From the human T2T-CHM13v2.0 reference genome, Homo sapiens, in the NCBI RefSeq assembly GCF_009914755.1, contig NC_060931.1: 64,000 nucleotides of DNA; one strand, 5' to 3'. The translations under genes and the position numbers were made by a program. Shown here piece after piece: positions 1-21,442 of this stretch. The notes below the pieces were generated by a model. It was not told the DNA's origin, made no database searches, and was given only the letters and a program-made list of their open reading frames with translations. Positions within the stretch are counted from its first letter, which is position 1; every line of letters begins with the position of its first letter.

Positions 1-406
1 TAAAGGCAAAATATGCATTTTGCCATAAGTCTGCTAAAGCTTGAGAGCCACTACTCCAGGAGGCATGATGGGATTTACGAGGCACTCCTGGAAGGGGCCA
101 CAGAGGTTTGCTTGGAGACCATTACAACTTTGGGCACCTCAACATCCCTAAGCCTCCTTTACCTTGTTCATTGGCTGTCAAGCTGTTTCAAATCAAAAGG
201 GCCTATTCTCTTTTAAATTGTTATAATGAAATATTTCAAAACAAAAATCATATAGAATAAAGTAAACACCTATCTACCACGTTAAAAAATAAAACAGATA
301 CAATTCAAACCTCTTAGGTACTCATCCCCAATCCTATTTCTCTGAGAGAAAAAATCTCTATCTGAAATTCATATTTATCATTCATATCCATGTTTTTATG
401 CTTTAA

Positions 407-754
<348 letters not shown>

Positions 755-842
755 GATATTTTTAATATTTTAAATTTCCAATAAATGATATATTTATGCA
801 TCCAATTTTTTAAAAAAACCTCAATATTATCTATTTGAAATT

Positions 843-880
<38 letters not shown>
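843..880. repeat. (TG)9(TA)10 compound microsatellite
   Basis: Direct reading. Confidence 0.95.
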
Positions 881-881
<1 letters not shown>

Positions 882-1562
882 GTATATGAGATTCTAATTT
901 GTTGATCGTCTCTCTGCTATAAAGTATTTCATTAAATAACTGAATACAACTTATCCATTAGCCTTCTGATGCACATTTAGGTTATTTCCAATATTTCTGT
1001 ATTAAAAATAATATTTTAAGAATATCCTTTTATATGCCTTTGCACACTTGTATACATTCCTAGGAGGAAACTCTTACATCGAAACAAATATTATATAAAA
1101 TGGTACAAAATAAAATGAACACAGCACAGATTCTCTGAAGCTGAACTAAAGGGCTCCATTTTTCACACACCCATCCCTAACCTCTTACGGCACATTGGCT
1201 TGACTGAACTCTAAGGTTCTTTTTATTCTCTTACATGTGTTTCTAAACTGTTTGTAGGTATGGTGTTATGGTATTGCCTCCCCAGTTCAACACCAGAGGA
1301 CTTAAAATAAGTTCTTTACAGGGGTGAGATTACAGAGAACTTAATTCACTGAATGTCTTTTCACTTTGGTATCTCTTGAGCCAAACCCAGTGCAGTAACA
1401 TACTGGGCCCACTGGAAATGGGTATGCAGTGTTGCACTACAATGTCTTGGGCCCACCTAAGGAGGCTCACCCAGAAGAGGAGTGCTTCCTCTGTTAGTTG
1501 CTTAGAGGGAACAAGTAGGGATGATTGGTCTTCTTTATTCAGTTTAAAGTCAGAATAGAATA

Positions 1563-1891
1563 CAGTAGTCCCCCTTTATCTGTACTTTCATTTCCCATGG
1601 TTACACTTACCCACAGTCAACTGTGGTTGGAAAATAAGTGAGTATAGTACAGTAAGATATTTTGAGAGAGACCACATTCACATAACTTTGATGACAGTAT
1701 ATTGCTTATAGTTGTTCTATTTTATTATGTGTTTGTTAATCTCCTACTGTGCCTAATTTTAAATTAGGCCTTATTATAGGTATGTGTATATAGAAAAAAC
1801 ATAGCATATTTAGGGTTTGGTAGTATCCAAGGTTTCAAGCATCCACTGGGAATATCGGAACATATCTCCTGCAGATAAGGAGGGACTACTG
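1563..1891 (+). mobile_element. MER44A-like (Tigger family) non-autonomous DNA transposon, complete
   Basis: Terminal inverted repeats cagtagtcccc...agggactactg, each flanked by a TA target duplication; internal sequence matches MER44 as recalled. Confidence 0.88.
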
Positions 1892-3975
1892 TAATCTTTT
1901 CCCACCAGGAAACTTGATATCATTGGGAGCCCCAGAACCCTGGATAGGAATTTGTACCAGTTAAATAAACCCTAAACATTAAACTGACACTGGCATTCCA
2001 AGATGAAAATTCAATCAAAAAAAAGGAGAGGAGAAAAATTTGTCCTGTTTCCAAAGATGGCACTCCCAACATAGGTGTCATGAAGATGAATAGGTGGGAA
2101 AGTGTAGATAACACAGAACAGCCTCATGAGGCTCACTGCAAAACACGCTCTAATAGGAGTGGATCTGCAGCCTGCTTCTGAACATGAAGGTTAGTGGGGT
2201 CTGCCTACATACAGACTAGCAGCCAGCCCCCAGAGTGATATGCAGGACTGCAGGCAGCTACCTGCCTGAGGTTATACCATCTTCTTCTGTTCAAATCAAA
2301 AGGAAAACAAACGCAAATAGTATAGGAACGATATCTCTTAAGAAAGATGTCTTGGTAAATCACACTTTGGTATAAATTTGTTTTCTCAGATTTTTTGTGG
2401 AGGTGAATGAGGACATTTTCATTCAATGAGGTACCTGGTAGAAGGTTTGGGTTGCAAGGGAGATGCGTCAGACCGCTGTACCTAAGTTAGGGGGTACAGT
2501 TGGCCAGGGATAAGACAGACTAAAGGCTCATGGGAGAACACTAAGAGGAAATCCATGGTTGGCTTTGTCTCAGCCTGAAAGGACAGAACAGTGTGATAAA
2601 CAGAGGAGCTGAGACTGTGGTGTGATGGTGAATTATCGCTGGGAGTTATATGTTTAGACAAAGTGAATCCAGAAAGAATGCCATACCTTTCTGACAATTA
2701 CTCAGAATAATTATTTCTTTTGCAATATTTCAGATTCCTCCAGAAGATGTCCAATACATGTTCATGACTAACTAGCTGCCTTTAAGAAATGACACAATTT
2801 CCTAATATAGCTAAAACCTACTGTTGTAAGGGGAAGCATGACACGTGCCTGAGGGAAAAAACATTAGAGTAGCAAATTATCTTGTTAGGGTAATGTTCAG
2901 GAACTTCTTTTGCATTACTTCACAATATAAGTATTTTCTATATAACTGTTAACACTATAGATATTCCAGGCAGCTAGATTTCCCTATAATAAAGGCAATT
3001 CATTTTCTTTTTAATCACTAGTTTCCCTTCAAAATACTTAAAGGCTTCCTATAACTTTCAGAGTAGACTATCTAGCTAAAAGCCTTTAGCAAGTAAATCC
3101 ATGTCTGATCTTGGCAGAGGTGAATGCTATCCAATCAGACTTTTCAATGTATAAGTCTCAGGAAAATGATAAACAATGATTTGAGTGTGGGTCAGAAACA
3201 ACTGCAGGAAACAACCTATTTTATTGGAAGCTATAATTAAATCTAAATTTCAAACCCTGGTTAATCACTATATCACCACATTAGATGGGTCCTGATAAAG
3301 AAGTGATCATTTTCATTTTTCAGATGACTGCTTGTTCTCTGGGAGAGAAATTTCTAAGAATAATGCACATCTACCTGAATGTTTCCATTGATTTATTTGT
3401 GCATTACTGATACGTCAGGAAACAATGATTTTTCTTTCGAAATGTTTTCTCAGTAAGGTGTGGTAAGAAAAAAATCAAATTTATAGATGATCATAAAATG
3501 TAAAATGGACATCTGGTTTCTGCCAGTGTGTAGAAAAGTGGAAAAAAATGCTACTCTCATTCTTAAAGCCCCAACAACAAAAAATGAGAACTAATCTGTG
3601 AAGTCACAGCTTTTCTTGAATCCATCATAGAGCTGTGGTTGCAGGGCATCCCGCCAATTCAGCATCTAAGGAAAGTCAAGATCCTTCAAGGAGACACAGG
3701 CTTGGAAATTCACCTACCTGGTGGAGGTGCCACATGTTATACAAGCTGGTGAGAATTTAGCTAAAATTTTTAACAGGATGCTAAAGGCTGAGTGTGGGAT
3801 AGCAGGAGGGGATAGGACCCCTGGGAGCTGCAGGCACAAGAGAAAATCACAGCTACTCACAGACTCTTCTCAGGGACTTTGCTGGTGCTCAAGAGAAAGA
3901 CTGGGGCCAGGACTAGGGTCAGGAGTAGGCTTCCCTTGTGGTGTTAGCCTGGGAAGGGAAGCACAGGTCCCACAG

Positions 3976-4333
3976 GTCTCAGTCTGTTTGTGCTGCTATA
4001 ACAAAATACCATAGACTGGGTGGCTTATAAACAACAGCAGATTATCTCTCACAGTTCTGGAGGCTAGAAAGCCCACGATCAAGGAATTGGCAAATTCAGT
4101 GTCTGGTGAGGGTCCATTTCCTGGTTCATAGGTGGCACCTTCTTGCCGTGTCCTCACATGGTGGAAGGGACAAGACAGCTCCCTGGGGCCTCCTTTATAA
4201 GGGTGCTAATCCCATTCCTGAGGACAGAGGTGACCTAATCACCACCCCACGGCCCCACTTCCTAACGCCATCGACTTGGGGGTTAAAATTTCAACATATG
4301 AATGTGGGGACCATATGAATTTTCAGACCACAT
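3976..4333 (-). mobile_element. MLT1A-type MaLR solo LTR
   Basis: tgctgctataacaaaataccatagactgggtggcttataaacaacag...cacagttctggaggctag...tttcaacatatgaat motifs. Confidence 0.8.
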
Positions 4334-4469
4334 TCTGTTTCCTTTTGAAGGAAACAGAATAAACCTTGCAAGAACGAATCCTGGGCCCAGATCTTTAGAG
4401 ATGCCCTACTATTTGTGGAGGGTCAGGAAACCACGCCCAGACCATTAGATGCCTCCTCGTATGGGTTTG

Positions 4470-4915
4470 CTGGAACACATAAAACTGCATACTAAAAAGA
4501 GTAAATTTTACTGCATATAAATAATCCTTTACTAAAGAATAAAACAATACTTTAAAAAGTTAAAAAGAATTAGATAAACACTTGGCAAAATTTAAATGAG
4601 TTCTATAGATTAAATAGTATTATATCAATAATTTTCTGATGTTTATTATTGTACTGTGTTATATAAGAGAATGTGCTTGTTTGTAGCAAAAATACTGATG
4701 TATTAGGAGTAAATGGGTACCAAATCTGAATTTTACTCTCAAGCGTTGCAGAAAAATAATATGACACAGACATATATATATATATGCAAAGTGATATAGC
4801 AAATGTGGTAATATTAACATTTATAGAATCTGGGTAAAGGATATATAAAAATTCTTTGTATTATCTTTGCAACTTTTTTTGCAAGTCTGAAATTATTTCA
4901 AAATAAAAGTTAAAC
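4470..4915 (+). mobile_element. Old L1M (L1MC/ME-like) 3' fragment
   Basis: aatctgggtaaaggatatataaaattctttgtattatctttgcaactttt...aaattatttcaaaataaaagtt, typical of old L1 3' ends. Confidence 0.6.
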
Positions 4916-5202
4916 ATTAATACATAAAATGAATGCATGAATAAACGTACCAAGTGGTTGCAAAAAGATGTCAGCTATCACTGCTGCAGCGGCTAAAGCA
5001 TATGAGTATACAGGTACTTTGCCTACTCAAAGTTTGGGAGCCCAAAGGCTAAAAGAAAATCAAAAGACCTAAAACAAAGCTGCAGGTGTGGATTTCTCCC
5101 TACGCAGAAACAGCTTCTGCTGTTTGAATTCAGGAGGCTTCTACTGTTACCAGAAGCCTCTATACTTCCCTAGGATTTGTATTCATACCAATTTCAGTTC
5201 AA

Positions 5203-11572
<6,370 letters not shown>

Positions 11573-12141
11573 TGCAATCCTATATAAGCTTTCTATAAAT
11601 TTGATTTTATAGTATGGGAAACTAATAATATTCTGCACTTTGATATTCTTACTTTTCGTAAGGTTTATTTAACTTATTCTTAAATTCATTTGAAGATGTG
11701 TTGAAAGCTGTATTTTCTGCCGCAGTTGCTGAGGTTGGCCATGACAATAAGGAAATTCAGGATGCTATAGCTATGGAGGGTCAGTTCAATCTTTTAAACC
11801 AGCAGGATTGTCCACTTGGACACAGCCAGTTTGTAGGTCTGATGCTGGTTATCTACCCCGAGACTGTGAATTCTATCTACACATGGATAATATAAATGCT
11901 AATGGAGAAGTAGGACACCAGGGCTGGACAGCAAGAAAAGGAATCTTTTCCCTTCCTGTTTGAGTTCATGCCTTCCCAAGGTTCCTTTGTCATCTCATAG
12001 GTAATAATAGAGGTAATTATTTATAACACACTACTTATTTCTAAGAAGAGATAGGTATTTTACATTTACAAAACTGTACTAGGAGGTTCACTCTTAAGGA
12101 GAAAAAGGAATGAGCTGTTCTTGGATTTCGGCACTTGCTCA

Positions 12142-12488
<347 letters not shown>

Positions 12489-14220
12489 CCAGCTGTGGTA
12501 CCTGAATGGGATTTTGGCCCAAACCCAGGCTTAATTCAGTGAAAACATTTCACCTTTTAATCTTTCATCTTTGTACTCTTTTCATTTTACTATTAAGTTG
12601 CTTTCTTCCTTATCATTTTCCAACTTTTGCAAAACGAAAAATGGCTAACTAAGGCCAATAATAATGGCCAGCATTTCTAGCTCAAACAGAAGCTTGGGTT
12701 TCTCCTCCATTAAGATTTGCAGTCCTGTGTGATAAATCAGAGAGACCTGGTTACACATTACAAACAAATGAAACTTCTGGCTAACCATCAGTTATAGTCA
12801 ATTGGAACATGGTTGGTTGAGAGCACTTGCTGTAAAAGCTCTGAGAAGAGGAAGAATTTTACTTTAGCACAAAATTTTCTTTGCTGGGATGCAATCATAC
12901 AACCATATCAAAAGTTTAAACCCATCCCCACTACTTTTTCATGGCCCCCAAAACATCCCAGAATAAATAATTTTACCATTCTTTCCTCTACTTCTCTTCT
13001 AGTTTGCCTGTCCTCCTTTCTAATTACGTTATTGCTAATTAGGAACCGGGGGAACTGTACATTTTGAAAGTGGTGTGTGAAAGCCTTCTGCTAGGTCAAA
13101 TAAAACAGCCAGGATTAAGATGTTGACTTAGTGGGTTAATAACAGTTAACAAGACGCAGTGACCTACCTGAATAGTCAACAAGTATTTGGCCTGGAATCC
13201 ACGAACTACCTTTGTTTTGAAAGGGATCATTTTCTGCTTTGTGAGTACAGCTAATTCACTTGAGAAGGTAAAGGTACTTCTCATTAGCCTTTCTAGTACA
13301 TAAAATTATACATATTGATAGAAGGACCTTATCCAGAGACCCCCTAGAGCAACCCAGTGGTCTGCCATTTGGGTATTGATCTCCTTCCCCCTGAAGTTCT
13401 GATCCTAATTCTCCTACTGTAACCAGCAACTGCCATTTATTGTGTGCCCATGTGCAAAGAATTGAGCTCATATACTCATTTAATTTTTGTGATAACCCTG
13501 GGAGCAAGTATATACATGATAAAACCAAGGCTTCACTAATACTTTCACTCAAATACAAAGCTGGCAGTCCCTCCGAACAAAGGCTTTGCTGGTTTTCATT
13601 CCCTAATACTATCTTGGTGTAGAGCAGAAGCCAGGCAGTTTCCCCTTCTCTGACTTGATAATCAGCAGCTTCCAGTGTTTTAAAATCCTTTTCCTTTGTG
13701 CAATTCAATCCCTCTAACTTAATGTCCCATATAGATATGTTAACATTCTCTAATGGGGACTAAGACGGCCTAATGCTTGTTCAATAAAGCACCCTATTTG
13801 GTTGGGAACAGAATCAATGAGTAAGTTACTTGTTATCAGGCAAGCCATTTGTTGAAGTGTAGGCCTGGCTCATTTGGTACCTGGCCAGAATACAATCCTG
13901 ATGGGCTTAATGGAACAAAAACATGGCTTCATTATATTTGATTTTCATTCAAATGGTGATCTAGTTCCATTGTGTCTGGTGAAAGGCAGAGAAATAGTTG
14001 ACCTTTTATAGATGCAGGGACTGATTTTGAGTCTGTTCCTAAAAACAGTTTAAAACCTGAACCATTTGTACCTCTTCCCCTGTCTCCATGGCCCTCAATG
14101 CAGGGCTTTTGTTAATAACCTAAGCACTGTCAGCCATGTACAGCAAGGGTTTTCAGAACGGCTCCCATGGAAATGTCCCTGTGCTGGACCAAGATGCTGC
14201 TGACATTAATACTGATGGCT

Positions 14221-14655
14221 ATCTGTTTTCTATTGCTGTTGTAATGAATTGCCATGAATTTAGTGGTATTCTCTTACAGTTCTGGAAGTCAGAAGTCTGA
14301 AATCAATTTCACTGGGCTACAGTCAAGGTGTCAACAGGGCTGGTTTCCTCTAGAGGCTGTAAGAAGAGAATCTATTTCCTTAATTTTTTCAGCTGCTGGT
14401 GGCCACCTGTATTCAACAGTTTTCCTCCATCTTCCTGCACTCCAGTCTGTTTCCATCATCACGATGCATCTTCCATAGTCTCTTCTCCTTTTGCCTCCCT
14501 CTTATAAAGGACATTCGGGCCTTATATTCAAGGCCCACCCAGATAATCCAGGATAATCTCCCCAACTCAGGATTCCTTCTGCCATTTAAGGTAATATGTA
14601 CTAATTCCAGGGATTCAGATGTGGACGTCTTTGAGAACCATTATTCAGCTTACCA
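14221..14655 (-). mobile_element. MLT1B/C-like MaLR LTR
   Basis: attctcttacagttctggaagtcagaagtctgaaatc...ggcccacccagataatccaggataatctcccc. Confidence 0.75.
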
Positions 14656-15223
14656 CGGTGGCTTTTGCTCTATTTATACAAAAAGTAAGATAATAATTAT
14701 ATTGTCTGTAATTTACCTTAATACACTTCCATTTAGATCATATCATGAATATGTGTATGTGCAAGTTAACTTAATTTGCACTCTAGGGATGCTAAGTTAA
14801 CACTTGAAATAGCGTATTCAGTAGTCCACACTTCTCAGGCGTGAGCTTCAACTATTGCTATCTGGATTTGCTCCATAGGGATAAGTAAAACAATTTATCT
14901 TTGATGAAATAAGGAATGTTTAAGACATGTGGTAGCTAGAAATGTTGTACAGGTACCTTACCCCCTACACAAATTGGGCATAAGAGTGAGGTCCACCCAC
15001 CAGCCAAACAGAGCACCTAATTCTTGAGCTCCATTCAAAACAAGTGCCTCCTACTCTCATCGCATAATGAAGAATCCCTTCACCTGACGTAACTAAAAGG
15101 TTAATTGGTCCTGTCATGAGAATATTTTTGCATTTGCCTCAGAGTGTTCATTTCATGCAAAATGCTTTAAAATATATTGAATTGGACCTTTGACCAATCT
15201 TTTAGTAAAAGTGTTTATGCCTG

Positions 15224-15294
15224 CTTATAATAAATAGCTGAACACAGGGTAGAATTCTGTGTTCTTATAATAAATAGCTGAACACAGGGTAGAA
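15224..15294. repeat. 31-bp perfect direct duplication with a 9-bp spacer
   Basis: cttataataaatagctgaacacagggtagaa at 15224-15254 and 15264-15294. Confidence 0.95.
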
Positions 15295-17324
15295 ATTTGT
15301 TTTAATTGAAACATGCCATCTGATAGCAAAGCTGTCTAGGAGGAAGCAGATACTCCTACTGAATTCTATTCTTCAGAGGCCATTCTTCTGATAGTCATCA
15401 AACAGAATCTAACAAATAATAAATATCCAAATTGGCTTAGCTCAGCTCTCAATACTTACAGTCAAATGTTCTCCATTTGGAGATTGTTTCCTGCAATCAT
15501 TTTCTTAAACTTTTAGTCCTTGCTTCCATTTTTTCTGTTTATAACGACTAGCAAATGATAAAGTGATTGGACAAGTAGCAAATGAATATTTGCCAATAAT
15601 CTCAGCAACAGTCAAGCCACTTAACTATGTTGATTGCTTCATGGATACCTGCTCACAATTTTGATTTTCTATCCAATTCACAGAATTTAGTCCTGTTTTC
15701 TGACAATGAAATTGTTCTTAGTTTAAGTCCTAGAGTTAAATACATGGATAGGTCATAGTGCAAAGGGTGCCATGGCTTTGAGGGGCTTTTCCAGTTGGAC
15801 TCAGTTGCATACATTAACTTGTCCTGCCCTCCTATCTAAACAGCTATCTGTAAAACCTGCCAAATTTCATGAATGCCTCACATGGCATTTGAATATATTC
15901 ACACTACAAGTGATAAATACAGAGAGACAGGGTTGCCTTTATGACAGTTGACTCTGCTAGAGACAAGGATGTCTCGAATGCTGTCTTTGCTGGCCATCTG
16001 CACGATGCAGTCTCCTTGTCCTCCTGAGTGTTTAGTGGTTTGTGTGTTTAGATGTCAGTTTGCCTTTAACTACTCTGATGCCTCCGTTGGTGCTCCCTGT
16101 ATCCTCGAGGTAGGTTTCTGCCAGGGTCCCTTACTTTTACCTTCATGTTATCCTTAGCAATCTTGTCCACTTCTAAGACCTTAGTCATAGAATCTCCAAT
16201 TCTCTAGTCCACAGTCTCAGCCCTGTCTCTTAGATCCAGGTGTAACTTCATATCTACTTTCTACAGTTTTCCATATGCTAGCCATTTCAGAACCAAATCC
16301 ATCAAAATACACCTCAGCCACATCTGCTTTTCACTCTTGGCTTTCCTTTCTCCACTCACCCCTCAGGCTCAGGATTCTTTTTGTGTTCTGACCTCTGTGC
16401 TTCCTGAACACCCTCATCCAGTCTGTGGGCAAGTCCCAGCCTCCCAAACACATCTAAGAAGTCTTCCCTGATCCTCCCTGACCTCAGCCAAGAGTGACAT
16501 CTTCCATATCAACCCACAACTTTCTTAGAGCGTGTGTCTCATAACAGGCTTGGATGCTCACATCCTATCTGTCCTACTTACTATAAACTCCCAAAGTGGA
16601 GGCATTTCTCCTTATTAGCCTTTCTACCTTCAGAGTGCCTATTTCAGGGCCCTGCATATTGTTCTGAGCTAGAGGTAATGGATGTGGAGGTTGGCCATCT
16701 TTTTGGTAGAAGATGCCTAGAGATGGTGCATCCTAAATTTTGTCTTGTTTAGCCTGGGTTCCTCTCAGGTTGATAGGAAGCAAATTTCATGACAAATTTT
16801 TGGAGTTCAATATGGAAAAGAAATAATAAAATTAGGGATACATGGAAAAATGCGATCCAAGAATTCGTTATGTGGGTCAATTGAAAGAAGTGTTTACAAC
16901 CAGATTCTCTGGGCCTGGAATCTGGAGCTGAGTCTAGGGCCACTTTATTAAAAAATTCTGCGGCACTGTCATCTGAGACAGTTAAATAAAGCAGATAAGG
17001 GAGTAACCGCAAGTTAGAAAAATACTACACTTCATTTAAGCAGCATTCTGCTGACTGCATAGGCCACTTCAGCAGAGCTGCCAGTATGCAATGCCAGCCA
17101 GAACTGCTGACCTGTGTGGCCACAGCTGCTACAATAGCAGCAGGAATGGGGCCTCCAAGCAAAGCATTCAATCCCTCTGTATATTTTTCTGAATGAAAGG
17201 ATTCCATAAAAGGTTGTATGCTTTTCAGATTACTCTTCTCTTTTCCATTTATCAGTTCATTAACAGACAAGAATGGACCCAGAAGCAGTGAAAGGGCAAA
17301 GCCCCCTTCATGCTGATTTAATAC

Positions 17325-17670
17325 TTGAGTAGGCTAAACAGTGGCCCCTAGATATCCAGGTCCCCATCCCTGGAACCTATGAACCCTATTATCCATGGAA
17401 AAAGTTAAGGATTGTGGCATGGGTGATTATCCTGGATTATCCATGTGAGCCCTAAATGTAACCACAAGTATTCTAAGAGCAAGGCAGAGGGAGATTTGAC
17501 AGACAGGAGAGAAGAAGGCCAAGCAATAGAAAATAGGGTGAAGCAGAGTCAGACAGAAAAGATGGAAACCCTTGGCTTTGAAGATGGAAGAAGGAGCCAC
17601 GAGCCAAGGAATATGAGGAATGTGTCTATAGAAGCTGGAAAAAACTAGGAAATGTATTCTCCCCTAGCAG
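17325..17670 (+). mobile_element. MLT1D-like MaLR LTR (partial)
   Basis: attatcctggattatcc...ggcagagggagatttgac...ggctttgaagatggaagaaggagccacgagccaaggaat. Confidence 0.75.
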
Positions 17671-18151
17671 AGTCTACATGGCCAGGTGCCCTTCAGAATG
17701 TTGTAGAACGCATTCTCATGTTTGGTGGGAGGGGATCTGAAGAATCCCTTTCTTATTTGAAAAATCAAGCACATGCCTAGCAACTCCTTCCTCTTTGGCA
17801 TTACAGATTTTTTGTCTGCTGGATTGTTTCCAGCAGCATACAACATATAATAATATCTCCCAGCTTAAAAAAAAAAACCTTCCTTAATCACACATATTAC
17901 TTCCTCTATAACTCCATTTCTGTACTTCTTTTTCACAAGTGTTGCCTGTATACTTTGTCTTCACTTCTTTCTTATCATTTTCTCTTTTTAAAATTTCTTA
18001 TTTTAAAATCATTTCAAACTTACAGGAAAAAATTACAAGAATAATACAAATATTTCCCATATTCCCTTTACCCTAATTCATCAATTAAGACTTTCCATTT
18101 TTTTTATTTCTCCCTCCCTCTCCCCTCTTCCCATAGGACGTGTGGGTATTT

Positions 18152-18153
<2 letters not shown>

Positions 18154-18197
<44 letters not shown>
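18154..18197. repeat. (GT)22 microsatellite
   Basis: Direct reading. Confidence 0.97.
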
Positions 18198-18199
<2 letters not shown>

Positions 18200-19060
18200 A
18201 GCTCTTGTGAAAGTCACCAATGACTTCCAGGTTGTCAAATCTAATGATCATGTTTCAGTTCTCATCTAATCAGCAGCACCAAAATTAGCTCTCTGTGAAA
18301 TATTTCCTCACGTGGCTTCCAGGACACCTCTTTCTTTTCATTCTGTCTACCCCACTGGCCACTCCATCTCAGCCTTCTTTGCCAGGTCCTCTTCATCATA
18401 CAAACTTCCAAATGCTGGAGGACCCAGGGCCCAGTCCTTGGATTTCTTCTCTTCTATGTATACTCTCACTCTCCACACGTCCTCATCCAGTCTCAAGACT
18501 TTAAATACCATCTATAAATTGTTAAATAAAATTTATATCTCTTGTCCTGACCTCTCCCCTGAACTCCAGATTTCTATCCCCAAATACCTACTCGGCAGGT
18601 CCATTTAAAGATTTAGCTGTACATGCCCAAGTCTGAATTTCTGATTTCTCAACACCTACCTATTATATAAAGTCCATTCTTCCTATTATATAGAGTCTCC
18701 CATTTCAGAAAATGGAAATTTCACCTTTCCAGTCATTCAGGTCAAAAACCTTAGTTATCCTCGACTTCTTTGTCTATATTATACCCCATATTCAGTCCAG
18801 AATGCAACCACCCCTTATCACTTCCACCATCACCACCCTGCCCACACCATCTCCTGCCTGCACTTTGGCAATACATTTCTATCTTACTTATTTGTTTTTG
18901 TCCCCTTATAGCCCATTTGTCACATACTGCCACAGAACCATCCTTTTAAATCATGATTAATATCAGGTCACTCCTCTGTGCAAAACCCTTCAAGAACTTC
19001 TTATATCACAATGCTCACTGCATTCCAAATTGTCACTGACGTTCCTCAAATATGGCAGGC
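18200..19060 (+). mobile_element. L2 fragment
   Basis: gtcaccaatgacttcc...cctgacctctcccctgaactccaga...caggtcactcctctgtgcaaaacccttc L2 motifs. Confidence 0.7.
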
Positions 19061-21226
19061 ATGGATTCTTATTCCAATCCCTAATTGAGAACCCCCAAAA
19101 TTTATTCTATCCATTGCCTGAGCTTCTACTCCACTTCTAAACATGCAGGATTCAATGTTAAGAGCCAGGAATGCAGAGTACAGAAGGACAAATAACAATG
19201 CTCATAAGGGAGGCTTTTTGAAAAAATAAGCAAAAGCGTGTAGTGACGGGATTCTCCCAATGGGTGAGGAGTTGCCCTAAGTCTTCCTTTAATTCATACT
19301 TTAAAATCTACCATCAATACAGCTGGCTACTCTGGGAAACTGTTTTGCACATTGACTGAGATTACTAAGATTAGTTCCAGCTCACAATTTCATCATTTGA
19401 ACATCAAGGTTAAACATCAGAACATTTCGCTTCTTCCCGTCAAGGCTTGTTGCAATGTCATTATCTTATGCAATAAGAAGAGATAAATTATAAATACCTA
19501 TATTCTATGGCTCAGAAGGAGTGGATTCATTTTAGTGTGTGGTATATGGATTCAATCTTACTAGTTCCCAATCCCACCTCATATATTACTCTTTGTTCAA
19601 TACTTTTATCTCAAATACAATTCATTGTTCAATTAGCAAATGAGAGACTGCATGTAGTAATTGTATCATATTTAAAGAAAATTGCTTTGTACAGGTATTT
19701 AGAGAATCAAACTAGGGAGATACAGTTCTCACTATGAGATGAGATGAAAACGTTGACACCAGTTCTATCAGGCACTAAATAAATATCAAGGCAAAACACT
19801 AAACAAGACCAACTTATCTTTTATAAAGTAAAGGGACAACAGACTCAATCCATAGGTCCTTATTTTCTCCCCCACTGTATGTTTTGATATTTTCTTGCCA
19901 AATGGATTTAAGGGAATGTGGATGGAGACTTCATAGAATCTAATCTCCATGCGTAGGGGCTTTAGCTGTGATAGTCCCTTCTATCTTCAGCACTTACCAC
20001 AGTACCCAGCACATAGATGCTCATTAATATTTGTTGAATAAATGCTCTGGAAGATGGGCAAGATTATAAATACTGAGGAAGACTACAGACAGGACTCATG
20101 TTTTTTCCTTGGATAGCTACTGTGTATCCAGGTGTATGTTAGGTGCTCAGTATACACAATAAACAAGACATCTACTATCTCACAGTCTGGTGGTTAGATA
20201 AGAAATGATCACTCATGGTGTGAGAAGTGCTATGATGTGGACTAGTCAGTGTACCATGGGAGCACAGGCTTCAAGAGACAGGGAAGGCTTCTGGAGGACA
20301 GACTATCTAATATGAGCCCTGATATGTAAGTCAACCTGTTGAAGTTGGGGTGAAAGGGATCTTTCCAAGAAGAGGGAACAGCACGTGAACAAGCACCTGG
20401 CCCAGGAAACACAGCTTTCACGGGGAAGTGAAAGACTTTCAGTACAATCAGATCAAAGCCGAGGGGAGGAGAAGACTTGAGGATGGGTACCTAGATCATA
20501 TGTGTATACTAGTTTTTGAAGCTGATCTCTTTGGGTATATGTCATAAACTTAAAGAGGCTTCTCAACGCCTCTTTTGACTTGTTTTCTTGATAAATACAG
20601 AAAATCTTTTTAAATTATAAGATGGATTTTTTATTTTATACTCACACTCACATTTTACTGTGGATGAAGGTTTAGTTTATTAAAAAGTACATTCCAGAAT
20701 GTTTGTTAATGGCCAATAACAGACAGACACTTCCTTACTGGACATTGGTAAGGAAGTCAGTAAGGATGAGTGCTACTTTTCTTAAATGTATGTACTAAAC
20801 CTGGTAATGTGACTTATAATGTCTCAGCACGTAATATTTATAGACTAAGGTGATAGAAAGGATGGATTCCACCATTGTTCTTGCTAAATGCATAATGAAA
20901 ATATTCATCTAGGGACAGGATTGCTACATATGCTACAGTCCAGATATAAAATACAGTTTTGTATGGTTCAATAGCTTATAATTTAGTGGGTAGATTTGCA
21001 ATTAGATTTATATACCTGGCATCAATTTTGTCATAATAAAATGTTTTCCATTCCAGGTCTCAGCTTTTAGACACAAGCCACTAGATAAAAACCTTTTCCT
21101 AAGAAGTTAAATGTATGTGAACTAGACTTTTGAATGCCATTTGTAATTGCCTGGTTGCCTGCAATAGCTTTCTTGGTGCAATCCTGGCCCTGTTGCAGTG
21201 TATTCTCAGCCCAAGAGTCACAGTCA

Positions 21227-21442
21227 TTTTTTTTTAATTGCACATCAATCTTTTATTAGACCGATCAGGAAAAAGGATTTAGTAAACTTACGCTCAAATG
21301 AACACTGGGCCCATGTGGCAGGGCCAAGCAAATAGAACATGGTTCAGAAATCAGTCAGTGAAAGACACAAAACAAGGTGGGGGAGGGATTCTAAAACACA
21401 CAGCAGGAGACACTCCTACCCCTCAGAGGTCAAGGAGCTTAT
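21227..21442 (-). pseudogene. 5'-truncated processed (retroposed) mRNA 3'-UTR fragment, parent gene not established
   Basis: On the minus strand AATAAA (21257-21252) lies 16 nt before an A9 tract (21235-21227); non-repeat sequence interrupting an L2; degenerate target duplication acagtca / acagtta. Confidence 0.65.

Noticed and set aside
5108-5160. Two adjacent small hairpins (aaacagc/gctgttt; gaggcttct/agaagcctc) beside the L1 3' end
   Set aside because: 7-9 bp stems are expected several times by chance in 64 kb
11698-11895. 65-aa ORF with protein-like composition (LKAVFSAAVAEVGHDNKEIQ...)
   Set aside because: Non-ATG start, no recognisable domain, no clear splice context; short ORFs like this are expected by chance
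15224-15294. Repeat-spacer-repeat pattern superficially like a CRISPR unit
   Set aside because: Only two copies, 9-bp spacer, primate intron, no cas genes
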